Origin: a virus
Lineage: Duplodnaviria; Caudoviricetes
Length of the DNA: 25,696 nucleotides
Strand: one strand, 5' to 3'
Virus record (IMG/VR): IMGVR_UViG_3300043473_000090
Coordinates: 1 to 25,696 of that record
In this document: one piece after another, positions 1 to 7,698 of the stretch
Layout: the number at the start of each line of letters is the position of its first letter
Position numbering within the stretch: position 1 is the first letter of the stretch
The notes under the pieces: generated by a model
Database searches by the model: none
What the model saw: only the letters and a program-made list of their open reading frames with translations
What the model was told of the DNA's origin: nothing
Program-made: the position numbers and the translations under genes

Positions 1-8
1 CGCCGCAG
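1..8. other. Terminal 8-nt direct repeat CGCCGCAG (left copy), putative cohesive end
   Basis: Positions 1-8 equal positions 25689-25696. The joined junction reads gagagaga-CGCCGCAG-agctctc (partial dyad) and lies upstream of HNH/terS/terL. Confidence 0.65.
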
Positions 9-92
9 AGCTCTCAACCGAGCTAGCGGCGCCCTCAAAAAAATCGGCGGCGCGATCGCGCGGCGCGCGCGCAAAACTTTTTCGCGCGATCG

Positions 93-250
93 CTACAACC
101 GTTGCAGCGCAACGGGTATAGCCCGACGTCGATCGTCTACAACCGTTGCGGCGCAACGGTTGTAGAGCACCGCCCCTACAACCGTTGCAGCGCAACGGTT
201 GTAGCGCCTTCGGTCGGGACGCTACATGCGTTGCAGCGCAACGGTTGTAG
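93..250. repeat. Array of four 29-bp palindromic repeats, consensus CTACAACCGTTGC-AGC-GCAACGGTTGTAG
   Basis: Copies at 93-121, 137-165, 176-204 and 222-250, with unique spacers of 15, 10 and 17 bp. Arms are 13-bp inverted repeats around a 3-nt centre. Confidence 0.95.
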
Positions 251-254
251 CGCA

Positions 255-428
255 TCACGACTCGTCACCATCGGCGGCGATGTCGTGCAGGTAGCGGGCG
301 GCGAGCCCGAGCGCGTCGCGTGCGAGTTGCCGTTCGCGTGGCCCGGCATCGCCGGCGGCGAGTACCTCGGTCGCGGCGTTCGCCATTGCGAGCGCGATGC
401 GAACGATGCCGAGCTCGTCGTCGGTCAT
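255..428 (-). CDS. Hypothetical protein (57 aa, MTDDELGIVRIAL...)
   Basis: ATG overlaps the upstream stop (ATGA). Last gene of the early operon. Confidence 0.6.
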   Translation of the reverse strand: MTDDELGIVRIALAMANAATEVLAAGDAGPRERQLARDALGLAARYLHDIAADGDES

Positions 429-595
429 GGCGTCATCACGACTTCGCCGTCGTCGCGCCACATGGTCGCGATGAGCTCGCCGCGCCCGGCGGGCATTACT
501 GCGTCGATGAGTGCGAAGCCGGCGGTGGCGCCGGCGTTGAGTAGTTCGGTCATGCGGCGTGCGTCGTCGCCGACGATCACGCGGTACTCGATCAC
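425..595 (-). CDS. Hypothetical protein (56 aa, VIEYRVIVGDDARRMTELLNAGATAGFALIDAVM...)
   Basis: Translated by hand (absent from the ORF track). GTGA/ATGA overlaps on both sides. Confidence 0.55.
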   Translation of the reverse strand: MIEYRVIVGDDARRMTELLNAGATAGFALIDAVMPAGRGELIATMWRDDGEVVMTP

Positions 596-774
596 GGCGC
601 ACGGTCGATCGCGACGAACACGGCGACGGTGACGCCGGCGGCTTCGAGCTCGGTGACGAATCCGGCGATGCGCGGTGCGAGTGCGGTGAGCATGGCGGCG
701 ATGTCGTCGGCTTGCTCGATGTCGATGCGCAGCGCGACGTGCGGTAGCGGGCTCATGCGGTTCCGTTCGCTCAT
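592..774 (-). CDS. Hypothetical protein (60 aa)
   Basis: ATGA overlap with the upstream gene. Protein-like composition from MSERNR onward. Confidence 0.6.
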   Translation of the reverse strand: MSERNRMSPLPHVALRIDIEQADDIAAMLTALAPRIAGFVTELEAAGVTVAVFVAIDRAP

Positions 775-1079
775 GTGCTGCGCCCGGTGCGGTAGCTCTC
801 GACGTTGCGTTCGAGCTCGCGCAGCACGAGCATTTGCTCGGCGGTGATGGTGGCGCCGTGCGCCGAGAGCGCGGCGAGCGCGAAGCGAAACGCGTTCGCT
901 TGCGCTTCGCTCGACATGCGACCGGCGATGTAGCCGGTGATGTCGGGATCGGCGAGCTCGGCGGTGTCGAGCTGCTCGATGGTGGCGATGGCGCGGCGTG
1001 CGCCGCATCCGGTGCAGTCGCCGTAAGCGGCGAGCGTTTGATCGAGCTGCGCTTGCTTGTCGGGCGCGGGTGCGGTCAT
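771..1079 (-). CDS. Hypothetical protein with CxxC (102 aa, MTAPAPDKQ...)
   Basis: ATGA coupling. Contains CTGC. Confidence 0.65.
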   Translation of the reverse strand: MTAPAPDKQAQLDQTLAAYGDCTGCGARRAIATIEQLDTAELADPDITGYIAGRMSSEAQANAFRFALAALSAHGATITAEQMLVLRELERNVESYRTGRST

Positions 1080-1291
1080 GCGACGTCGAGCTCGGCGATT
1101 GAGTGCAGCGCGCCTTGCAAGAATCCGATCACGAGTTGCGGTGATGCGTCGGGCCCGACGCCGCGCATGTGCTGCCATGCGGTTTCGTCGCCGATGGTGT
1201 CGCGCCCGGCGATGCGACCTTCGAGTGTCGCCGAGCATGAGTCGCCGGCGGCGTTCGTGCCGATGGTGATGCGGTATGCGTCGAACGTCAT
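1076..1291 (-). CDS. Hypothetical protein (71 aa, MTFDAYRITIG...)
   Basis: ATGA coupling on both sides. Confidence 0.6.
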   Translation of the reverse strand: MTFDAYRITIGTNAAGDSCSATLEGRIAGRDTIGDETAWQHMRGVGPDASPQLVIGFLQGALHSIAELDVA

Positions 1292-1629
1292 GAGCCCGCG
1301 ACTTCGGTGGTGACGATCTCGATTCGGTCGATGCCTTCGATGCCGCCGAGCCCGAGCTTGGCCACGCCGGTGCGCGCCTCGTGAGCTTTGTCGAGTAGCT
1401 CGATCGCGGCGAGCGCGTCGAACTCGGTCATGAGTGCTTCGCCGGTGTCGATGGTGGCGACGACGGCGAGCGATTCGCCTTCGGGTGAGACTTCGATGTG
1501 CAGCGCGGCGAGTTGCACTACGGCGGTGACGATCTCGCCGGCGGCGAGCCGATTCGCTGCGATCGTCAAGCCGTCGTCGAGCGGTTCGTCGGGTACGGGT
1601 TTGCGGATTTTGAGTTTCACGTGCGGCAC
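1288..1629 (-). CDS. Hypothetical protein (113 aa)
   Basis: Follows the replication gene with a short overlap. Normal globular composition. Confidence 0.65.
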   Translation of the reverse strand: MPHVKLKIRKPVPDEPLDDGLTIAANRLAAGEIVTAVVQLAALHIEVSPEGESLAVVATIDTGEALMTEFDALAAIELLDKAHEARTGVAKLGLGGIEGIDRIEIVTTEVAGS

Positions 1630-2312
1630 CTTTCGTCGATCGGTCGCGGTGGTGGCGTCGGTGGTGGCCCTCGTGGCGGTCGGTCGTCGGGTGGTGGTGG
1701 TGCCGGGTCGGGTGATGTCGGCGCCGGCGGTGGTGTGTGCTGCTCGATGATTGCACGGGCTCGTGCCGGGTCGGTGTATCGCCTTCGGTGTCGAGCTGCT
1801 CGGTGCTCTTCGGCGAGCGAAGCATGATCGTCGAAGCGTTCGCGCGCGATACCTAGAGGTTGTAACGAGTCTTGTACGGGTGGACTGTTCCCTGAACTAC
1901 TCGTCGCGCGCCTAGGGCGCGGGTTAGCCCGCGCCCTAGGCGCGCGGGCACCTACCTCGGCTTCGGTCTTACCCGCGCGCTGCACGCGGGTTTCTATCCC
2001 GCGTGCGGGCGCGCGGGTTTGCGGTGGCGGCGAGTGATCGAACGGCACGTGCGCCTGCCATCGGTTCGTTCGGTTGCGCCCGCCTTTGCTCGGTTGCACG
2101 AGTAGCCATTCGTCGGCTTCGAGCCGGCGAAGGTGCCGGCGCACGGTGCCGGCGTTGAGCGCGCATTCTCGTGCGAGCAGCGGCACCGATGGCCAACACT
2201 CGTCGCCGTTCGGTGTCATGTGCGTCGAGAGTGTGAGTGCGACGAGTCTTGTGAGCGGTGGCAGGTTTGAGTGCACGAGCGCGGCGCGCCATGTGTAGAG
2301 CGGCGCGGTCAC
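1617..2312 (-). CDS. Helix-turn-helix replication initiator-like protein
   Basis: N-terminal 'RLVALTLSTH...CWPSVPLLARECALNAGTVRRHLRRLEADEWL' is typical of the winged HTH of phage replication proteins. The gene contains internal iteron-like repeats. Confidence 0.75.
   Translation of the reverse strand: MTAPLYTWRAALVHSNLPPLTRLVALTLSTHMTPNGDECWPSVPLLARECALNAGTVRRHLRRLEADEWLLVQPSKGGRNRTNRWQAHVPFDHSPPPQTRAPARGIETRVQRAGKTEAEVGARAPRARANPRPRRATSSSGNSPPVQDSLQPLGIARERFDDHASLAEEHRAARHRRRYTDPARARAIIEQHTPPPAPTSPDPAPPPPDDRPPRGPPPTPPPRPIDERCRT
1905..2017. repeat. Putative replication origin: perfect 19-bp inverted repeat plus CCCGCG-N7-9-CGCGGG iteron-like dyads
   Basis: 1905-1923 and 1928-1946 form a perfect inverted repeat with loop TTAG. 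Dyads at 1928-1948, 1972-1990 and 1998-2017. Located inside the initiator gene, as for lambda O. Confidence 0.55.
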
Positions 2313-2977
2313 GGGTGCGCCTCAAACACGAGCAGGTAGCTATGGGCGCGCCTTGTGCGTTTGATCGTGCGAATGTTGTGCCCGCCGGGCCCGCTCGGCG
2401 CGTTGCGGGTGAACACCACGAGATCGTGCACGCGCATGCCGAGCTCGTCGGCGATGTCGATCATGCGCACGTGCCCGAGCACGAGCGCGGCGCCGGCGCC
2501 GGTGTAATCGCTGCACTTCGCGAGCACCCACCGATCCGCGACCCGGCATGCCTCGTCGAGTCCGGGCGCGATGAGCTCGGCCCATAGCGCAGCGTCGGTG
2601 CGTTGTTCGTCGATGCCGTAGCGGGTGCGGAACGTGCCGTGCGGCATGAGCTCGTCGGGCACGCTCGGTTCGCCGTGCGGCACGTATGGCGGATCGAAGC
2701 ACACGGCGTCGATCGAGCGGTCGGCTTCGGGTAGTGCGCGGAAGTCGATGCCGTCGAGCTCGATGTCGTGCGCGGTGAACGGCGCCGGTCGGAATTGCGA
2801 CCACCACGCGCCGCGCCCGTATGTGACGTCGAGCACCGAGCCGGTGAGATAGAGCGGCGCGATGGCGGCGACGAGATCCGCGTTTGAGCCGAGCTGCACC
2901 GAGAGCGGGATCGGCCCGATCGGTCGGTCGGGTCGGTGTTCGGGAAAGAGTGAGAGTGCGACCGGTCGTTCGGTCAT
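2309..2977 (-). CDS. Amino (N6-adenine/N4-cytosine) DNA methyltransferase
   Basis: SAM-binding-like VLDVTYGRG followed by catalytic FDPPY. Confidence 0.85.
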   Translation of the reverse strand: MTERPVALSLFPEHRPDRPIGPIPLSVQLGSNADLVAAIAPLYLTGSVLDVTYGRGAWWSQFRPAPFTAHDIELDGIDFRALPEADRSIDAVCFDPPYVPHGEPSVPDELMPHGTFRTRYGIDEQRTDAALWAELIAPGLDEACRVADRWVLAKCSDYTGAGAALVLGHVRMIDIADELGMRVHDLVVFTRNAPSGPGGHNIRTIKRTRRAHSYLLVFEAHP

Positions 2978-2987
2978 GGCGGCGCCT

Positions 2988-4307
2988 TTAGAACGGCGGG
3001 TCGGTGGTGAGCTCGCGGTGCAGTCGTTCGACGATCTCGCCGGCGCCGCCGAGCTTGTCGAGCCATGCGTCGAGTCCCGGGCCCGAGTCGAGCGGTCGGT
3101 CGGCTTGTGCGATGCCGAGCTCGGGTGCGAGTCGTGCGACGGTGAGCAGGACGCCGGCGCCGGTGATGCCGTAGCTCGCGGCGAGATAGCGCCATTCGGC
3201 GGCGCTTTGCGGGTAGCCGCCGAGCGACTGCGTTTCGCCGTCGAGCGCCACCGACGCCCGAGCTTCGGCGGTGAGATCGCCGAGCGGTAGCGGCGGCGTC
3301 TCGGTCGGCGCGGTGCCGGCGAGCCGATGTAGCACGAGCTCGCCGTCGTCGCCGTATGTGAGCTCGGCGGTGCCGTCGCGCACGTCGTCGATGATCGACC
3401 GTGCGATCGCGAGCTCGTCGTCGTCGAAGTCGTTGAACGACCGCCCGCGGCCATGTGTGACCATTTCGGCGAGCTCGTGCCGTAGATCGTCGTCGAACTT
3501 CGCCGATTGCGCGTGTATCACGAGCCGCTGCGCAGCGGTTGTGTCCCGCGGTTCGCTCACGGGCGCCTCACGTGCCGCAGGATCGACGAGCTCGCCTTCG
3601 ACGATATCTAAGTCGTCGAATCCTGCTTCGCCGGGTAGCGGCGGCGGTGGCGGCGCCTGCGGCGCCGTTTCCGGTTTTGCCCGCTCGGGCGCGGTGGCCA
3701 ATGCCGGCGCGGCGACATCGACGGTTTCGCGCCGGCGCGACGCACGTTTGCGTTTCGAGCTGGTCGGCGCGGTGGTCGGTTCGCCGGCGACGTCGATGAT
3801 CTCGTCGAAATCCTCGGGTGCGTACATGCCTGCGGTGACGTCGGCGAACGCGAGACGTGCGAGCTCGCTCGTCGCTCGTGCGAGCAGCATTTGGCGCGGG
3901 TAGCGGCGCCAATTCTGCTTCGATGCGAGCCCGGCCCGTTCGGCATCGCCGAGTTCCCACGACACCTTGTGCACGTCGTCGTCGCCGGCGCGCTGCCCGC
4001 ACAACGTCACTTTGCGCGATGTGTATTCGTCGGTCCACAAGCGGTGACCGGCGGCACGTATGAGCGCACGTTGGATCTCGGCGGCGAGTGTCGGTTTGCC
4101 TTCGATGATGTGGATGGTGCGCAGCGCGACGAGCGGCGCGATGCCGAGCTCGCCGCCGGCGAGTATCGCGGCCATGATCGCTTCGGGTCGCCCGTGCAAC
4201 GCACGCGGCACGAACTCGGTTTTTGCGAGTCTGCCGGCGAGCTCGAATGCGGGCTCGACGTCGGCGAACGTGCCTGCCGGCGTCGCGATCGCGAGTGCGT
4301 TGCTCAT
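2988..4307 (-). CDS. RecT/Bet-like single-strand annealing protein with long C-terminal extension
   Basis: 'FVPRALHGRPEAIMAAILAGGELGIAPLVALRTIHIIEGKP' and 'NWRRYPRQMLLARA' match the phage RecT-like family. Coupled to the upstream exonuclease. Confidence 0.8.
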   Translation of the reverse strand: MSNALAIATPAGTFADVEPAFELAGRLAKTEFVPRALHGRPEAIMAAILAGGELGIAPLVALRTIHIIEGKPTLAAEIQRALIRAAGHRLWTDEYTSRKVTLCGQRAGDDDVHKVSWELGDAERAGLASKQNWRRYPRQMLLARATSELARLAFADVTAGMYAPEDFDEIIDVAGEPTTAPTSSKRKRASRRRETVDVAAPALATAPERAKPETAPQAPPPPPLPGEAGFDDLDIVEGELVDPAAREAPVSEPRDTTAAQRLVIHAQSAKFDDDLRHELAEMVTHGRGRSFNDFDDDELAIARSIIDDVRDGTAELTYGDDGELVLHRLAGTAPTETPPLPLGDLTAEARASVALDGETQSLGGYPQSAAEWRYLAASYGITGAGVLLTVARLAPELGIAQADRPLDSGPGLDAWLDKLGGAGEIVERLHRELTTDPPF

Positions 4308-5080
4308 GCGTGCACCACCGCATCGGGCACGACCGGCAAGCCGATGAGCTCGTCGAGCTCGGGTCGCCGTAGCGCGACCTGCTGCACGTAGAGAAACGTG
4401 CGCAGCACGTCGGCGCCGGTCTCGACGGGTCGCAACTCGTAAGTGTCGTGAGTGACCCACAAGACTGCGCAGCGTCGGATATCGAGCGTCGTCATGTCGG
4501 ATTCGTTTCCGTCGCCGTCGATGTAAATATCGGCATGGCGGTACGCGGCGAGCTGCAATGCGACTTCGCCGAACGGGCCCGACCGTGACGTTTTCAAGTC
4601 GAGCAGGGTATTTCCGGGCCCGAGCGCCGGCACGTGCGCGATGGCGTCGAACGTGCCCGCGTAGCGGTGTTTGCGTGAGAACACGGCACGTTCGGTCGCC
4701 ACGTAGTCGGGCTCGAAGTCGTGCACGAACGCGAGATATTGATCGACGTGCGATGTGAGCTCGTCGGGCACATCGACTTCGACGTCGCCGGCGAGCTGCT
4801 CGGCGATTGCGTGCACTTCGGTGCCGCGGCGTGCGGCACGGTCGCGGTCGTCCCACGGCGCGCCCTTCGCTATGCGCACATATTCGAGCTCGTCGCAGTC
4901 GGCGAGTTTGCCGTCGCGTTCGCGGTAGCAATATTCGGCGACGCCTTTTGCTGCCCACCGAATGAGCGCCGGTTTCGGCATGCCGTCGCCGATGAGCGTC
5001 GTCACACCCGGCACCTTGTCGCCGTCGAGCAGGTATGAGTGCCCACGGCCTCGGTCGATGCGTCTCGTCGAGCTGCTCAT
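4304..5080 (-). CDS. PD-(D/E)XK exonuclease (RecE/Cas4-like), partner of the SSAP
   Basis: Motifs PGVTTLI, RGTEVH, YAGTFD, LLDLKTS and LQLAAY. Confidence 0.85.
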   Translation of the reverse strand: MSSSTRRIDRGRGHSYLLDGDKVPGVTTLIGDGMPKPALIRWAAKGVAEYCYRERDGKLADCDELEYVRIAKGAPWDDRDRAARRGTEVHAIAEQLAGDVEVDVPDELTSHVDQYLAFVHDFEPDYVATERAVFSRKHRYAGTFDAIAHVPALGPGNTLLDLKTSRSGPFGEVALQLAAYRHADIYIDGDGNESDMTTLDIRRCAVLWVTHDTYELRPVETGADVLRTFLYVQQVALRRPELDELIGLPVVPDAVVHA

Positions 5081-5514
5081 GATCTCCCGTTCGCCGGTTG
5101 CAATTCGGTGACCGTGCGCATCGAGTCGATCGGCACGAAATAGATCGGTTCTTTGACCTGCCGCGCGCTATTGCCGTACATGCGCGGATTGCTCACATCG
5201 ACGTGCGTCGCGCGGATCGCTTTCACGCAGTCGGTGAACGCGACCACGTACATGCCGGGTCGGCCGGTGCGAGTTTCGACATCGACGAGCTGCGACCATT
5301 TGACGTGCGACAGGTAGACCGACGAGAAACGATCGGATGCGACGCCGCGGTTTTTAAGCTCGATCCACGCGACGATGCGGTCGCCGCGCACCGCGTAAAA
5401 GTCGATTCCCTCAAAGCGCGGCAAGCGGTGTATCTCGCAATGCCAGCACCGCGCGAGCACGTCGGCGACCGCCTGCTCGCGCGCCTCGTCGGCCGGTGTG
5501 TAATACACGGTCAT
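5077..5514 (-). CDS. Small PD-(D/E)XK-fold nuclease-like protein
   Basis: E...IDF...WIELKNR motif. ATGA coupling. Confidence 0.65.
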   Translation of the reverse strand: MTVYYTPADEAREQAVADVLARCWHCEIHRLPRFEGIDFYAVRGDRIVAWIELKNRGVASDRFSSVYLSHVKWSQLVDVETRTGRPGMYVVAFTDCVKAIRATHVDVSNPRMYGNSARQVKEPIYFVPIDSMRTVTELQPANGRS

Positions 5515-5669
5515 GCGTCGCCGCCGTCGAGCGCCTCGGCGAGCTCGTCGAGTCGGATTCCGAGCTGCGCGGCGAGCTCGCCGTCGTCGAGCTCGGGTCG
5601 GTGATGCGTCGCGATCACGTATTCGAGTAGCTCGCCGGCGAGCACGTCGAACCTTGTGAGCCCGCTCAC
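5511..5669 (-). CDS. Hypothetical protein, possible HTH (52 aa)
   Basis: GTGA overlap. Contains 'ELAAQLGIRLDELAEAL'. Confidence 0.55.
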   Translation of the reverse strand: MSGLTRFDVLAGELLEYVIATHHRPELDDGELAAQLGIRLDELAEALDGGDA

Positions 5670-5908
5670 GGCGCCGCCTCGGCATCGCGAACATCGAGCC
5701 GCCCGAGCTCGTGCACGATCGCCACGCGGTAAACGTCGATGGCGACACCGACGAGATCGTTGACCGCTTCGAGATAGTCGGCATGTGTGCGAGCTAGTTC
5801 GAGCGCGGTGCGAGTCGGCGCATCGGGTATGAGCCGCACCGCCTCGTCGCGCAAACGTGCCGCCGCATTGATGAGATCGCTCCCGGCGCCGTCGATGCGC
5901 CCGCTCAC
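5666..5908 (-). CDS. Hypothetical protein (80 aa)
   Basis: GTGA overlap with the RusA stop. Helical composition. Confidence 0.6.
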   Translation of the reverse strand: MSGRIDGAGSDLINAAARLRDEAVRLIPDAPTRTALELARTHADYLEAVNDLVGVAIDVYRVAIVHELGRLDVRDAEAAP

Positions 5909-6354
5909 GTCGCCGCCTGCGCCGGCGCCTCGGCGAGTACGTGCACGACACACCCGGGCGCGTCTGACCATTGCTTGTGCAGCGTGAGCGTCGTTACGTG
6001 CCGATCGTCGGTGTAAGCGATCGACGTGAGTGCGTCGAGTAGGGCACGTGCGAGCTTGTCGATGTCGGGTCGTTGTATGTGCTGCGCCGGCGCCGACGGT
6101 CGCAATCCTCGTTTGCCGTGATGCGATTTCGGGCGCGCAAACGAGAACGTCGCGACGAGCTCGGCGGGCCCGTCGGTGCATGGCACGCCGGCGCGCTGCG
6201 CCGCTTCGCCGATGTCGTGGCGCCATTGTGAGAGTGCGGCGGCGTTGCTCGGTTTGAGCATCGCTTTGCCGGTGCTCGCCGATGTGAACGCGACTGCGGA
6301 ACCTTGCGAGATCGGCAAGCCGACCACCGAGAACGACCATCGCTGCGCCGTCAT
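5905..6354 (-). CDS. rusA: RusA-family Holliday junction resolvase
   Basis: Motifs 'VGLPISQGS', 'RPDIDKLARALLDALT' and 'DDRHV' carry the RusA catalytic Asp residues. Confidence 0.9.
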   Translation of the reverse strand: MTAQRWSFSVVGLPISQGSAVAFTSASTGKAMLKPSNAAALSQWRHDIGEAAQRAGVPCTDGPAELVATFSFARPKSHHGKRGLRPSAPAQHIQRPDIDKLARALLDALTSIAYTDDRHVTTLTLHKQWSDAPGCVVHVLAEAPAQAAT

Positions 6355-6638
6355 GCGCGCCGGCGCGATGGGAGATGTGCGACCGAGTGATCGCATGTCG
6401 AGTTGTGCGTCGAGTAGCGCAGCGTGCCGGGCTCGGTGCGCCTCGTGCCGACGATCGAGCATGTGCCGTCGGGTAGCAACACCGCGGTGCCGTTTCGCTT
6501 CGGTTCGGCATCGAGCGGTATGCGCCGGCGTGAGAGATCGTCAAGCCGCGGTGTGATGATCGGTCGCCCGCACATCTCGCACGTCTTGATCGTCGTTAGC
6601 GCCGGCCCGCCGCCGCTCGGGTGGTCGGCTCGGCTCAC
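6351..6638 (-). CDS. Small Zn-binding hypothetical protein (CxxC...HxxxC)
   Basis: CEMC...IPLDAEP...G...HNSTC. Confidence 0.7.
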   Translation of the reverse strand: MSRADHPSGGGPALTTIKTCEMCGRPIITPRLDDLSRRRIPLDAEPKRNGTAVLLPDGTCSIVGTRRTEPGTLRYSTHNSTCDHSVAHLPSRRRA

Positions 6639-6847
6639 TCGCCGACGCCTTCGGCGCGCATGCGGTCGTTGATCTCGGTGTGCCGGCGGCGCAGCGCGGC
6701 GAGTGATGCGGCGCCGTCGGTGTCGAGCTCGACGTGCCGGCGGGTGCGATTCTCGCGGTCGTTGCGTCGAGCGGCACCGATCACGGCGAGCAGCACGAGC
6801 GCGACCGCGGCGGCGGCGAAGCCGACGAGAGTGATCGTCTCGATCAT
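6635..6847 (-). CDS. Small protein with N-terminal transmembrane helix (70 aa)
   Basis: Hydrophobic stretch MIETITLVGFAAAAVALVLLAVIGAA. ATGA overlap with xis. Confidence 0.65.
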   Translation of the reverse strand: MIETITLVGFAAAAVALVLLAVIGAARRNDRENRTRRHVELDTDGAASLAALRRRHTEINDRMRAEGVGE

Positions 6848-7038
6848 CGGGACGCCGGCGCCTGCGGCAACGCTGCCACGTACCGCTCGACCGCGGCGTA
6901 TGTCACGCGGCGCTGCTTCGTGCCGATGATCACCGACTCGATGTCGCCGGCCATGATGAGCTTGTAAACGGTGGTGCGGGAGAGCGCGAGGATCTCGCAC
7001 ACATCGTCGATGTCGAGCAGTAATTGCTGCGCTCGCAT
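6844..7038 (-). CDS. xis: Excisionase / AlpA-like HTH protein (alternative start 7104)
   Basis: 'LLLDIDDVCEILALSRTTVYKLIMAGDIESVIIGTKQRRV' matches the excisionase HTH pattern. First gene divergent from the repressor. Confidence 0.8.
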   Translation of the reverse strand: MRAQQLLLDIDDVCEILALSRTTVYKLIMAGDIESVIIGTKQRRVTYAAVERYVAALPQAPASR

Positions 7039-7180
7039 GGTCGGATGGTCGGGCTCGCGGTCCACATTTGCCGCCTTCGGGCGCGCGGTATCGGCTTCGG
7101 GCATAGCGACTGTTTCCCCCCGGATTAGGACGCCATAGCACGAGATGCGATGTCATTGCGAGCACCTCGTTCGACTTGTG

Positions 7181-7210
7181 ACGTTACGACCGCCGGTAGT
7201 CAACGGTCAA
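7181..7210 (-). promoter_or_regulatory. Putative leftward early promoter TTGACC-N18-TAACGT
   Basis: Minus-strand -35 at 7205-7210 and -10 at 7181-7186, within the divergent xis/repressor intergenic region. Confidence 0.4.
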
Positions 7211-7311
7211 TGGCGAATTGTCGCCGCACCTGCCCGTTTGTGCCCCATATGAGCAATTTTGTACGGCATCGCTCAACATGTGTCACAATGCGCCGTACCG
7301 TTTTTTTCGTC

Positions 7312-7698
7312 ATGGCGCGCAAGGTGGTGAACATCGACGAGATCGCCCGTCTCGGGTTTCTCATGCGGGAATGGCGTCATGAGCGCGATCTCACCCAAGC
7401 GGGCGCCGCCGAGCTCGCCGGGATCTCGGCGGCGACGTGGGGCGCGATCGAGCGCACGCCGCGGCACGCGCCCGACGCACACACCTTGCGCGCCATCGCG
7501 CGCACGATCGGTTCGTCGCCTGTCGCCGCGCTGCGTGCCGGCGGATTCGATCCCGAGCTCGGCGATGTCGTCGAGATGATGGTCGGCGATCTCGACGCCG
7601 CGATCGCGAGCTGCATCGCGGCGTGCGAATTCTTGCGGGCCCGGCGCGCCGAGCTCGTGCACCTTGTCGATCGTGGCAGCGGTCACGATGCGGGGTAG
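7312..7698 (+). CDS. XRE-family HTH immunity repressor (alternative start 7288)
   Basis: 'LMREWRHERDLTQAGAAELAGISAATWGAIER' is an XRE HTH. Divergent from xis and upstream of the integrase. Confidence 0.85.
   Translation: MARKVVNIDEIARLGFLMREWRHERDLTQAGAAELAGISAATWGAIERTPRHAPDAHTLRAIARTIGSSPVAALRAGGFDPELGDVVEMMVGDLDAAIASCIAACEFLRARRAELVHLVDRGSGHDAG

Noticed and set aside
93-250. CRISPR array (also considered for 25463-25613)
   Set aside because: Spacers are only 10-17 bp, there is no leader or cas operon, and the arrays sit symmetrically about the genome ends. The Cas4-like nuclease is explained as the SSAP partner.
102-632. 176-aa plus-strand ORF
   Set aside because: It translates the repeat array and is antisense to coupled minus-strand genes.
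2988-4958. 656-aa exonuclease-RecT fusion suggested by the ORF track
   Set aside because: The upstream part is an alternative frame of the exonuclease gene. The real start is the ATG at 4307, overlapping the exonuclease stop.
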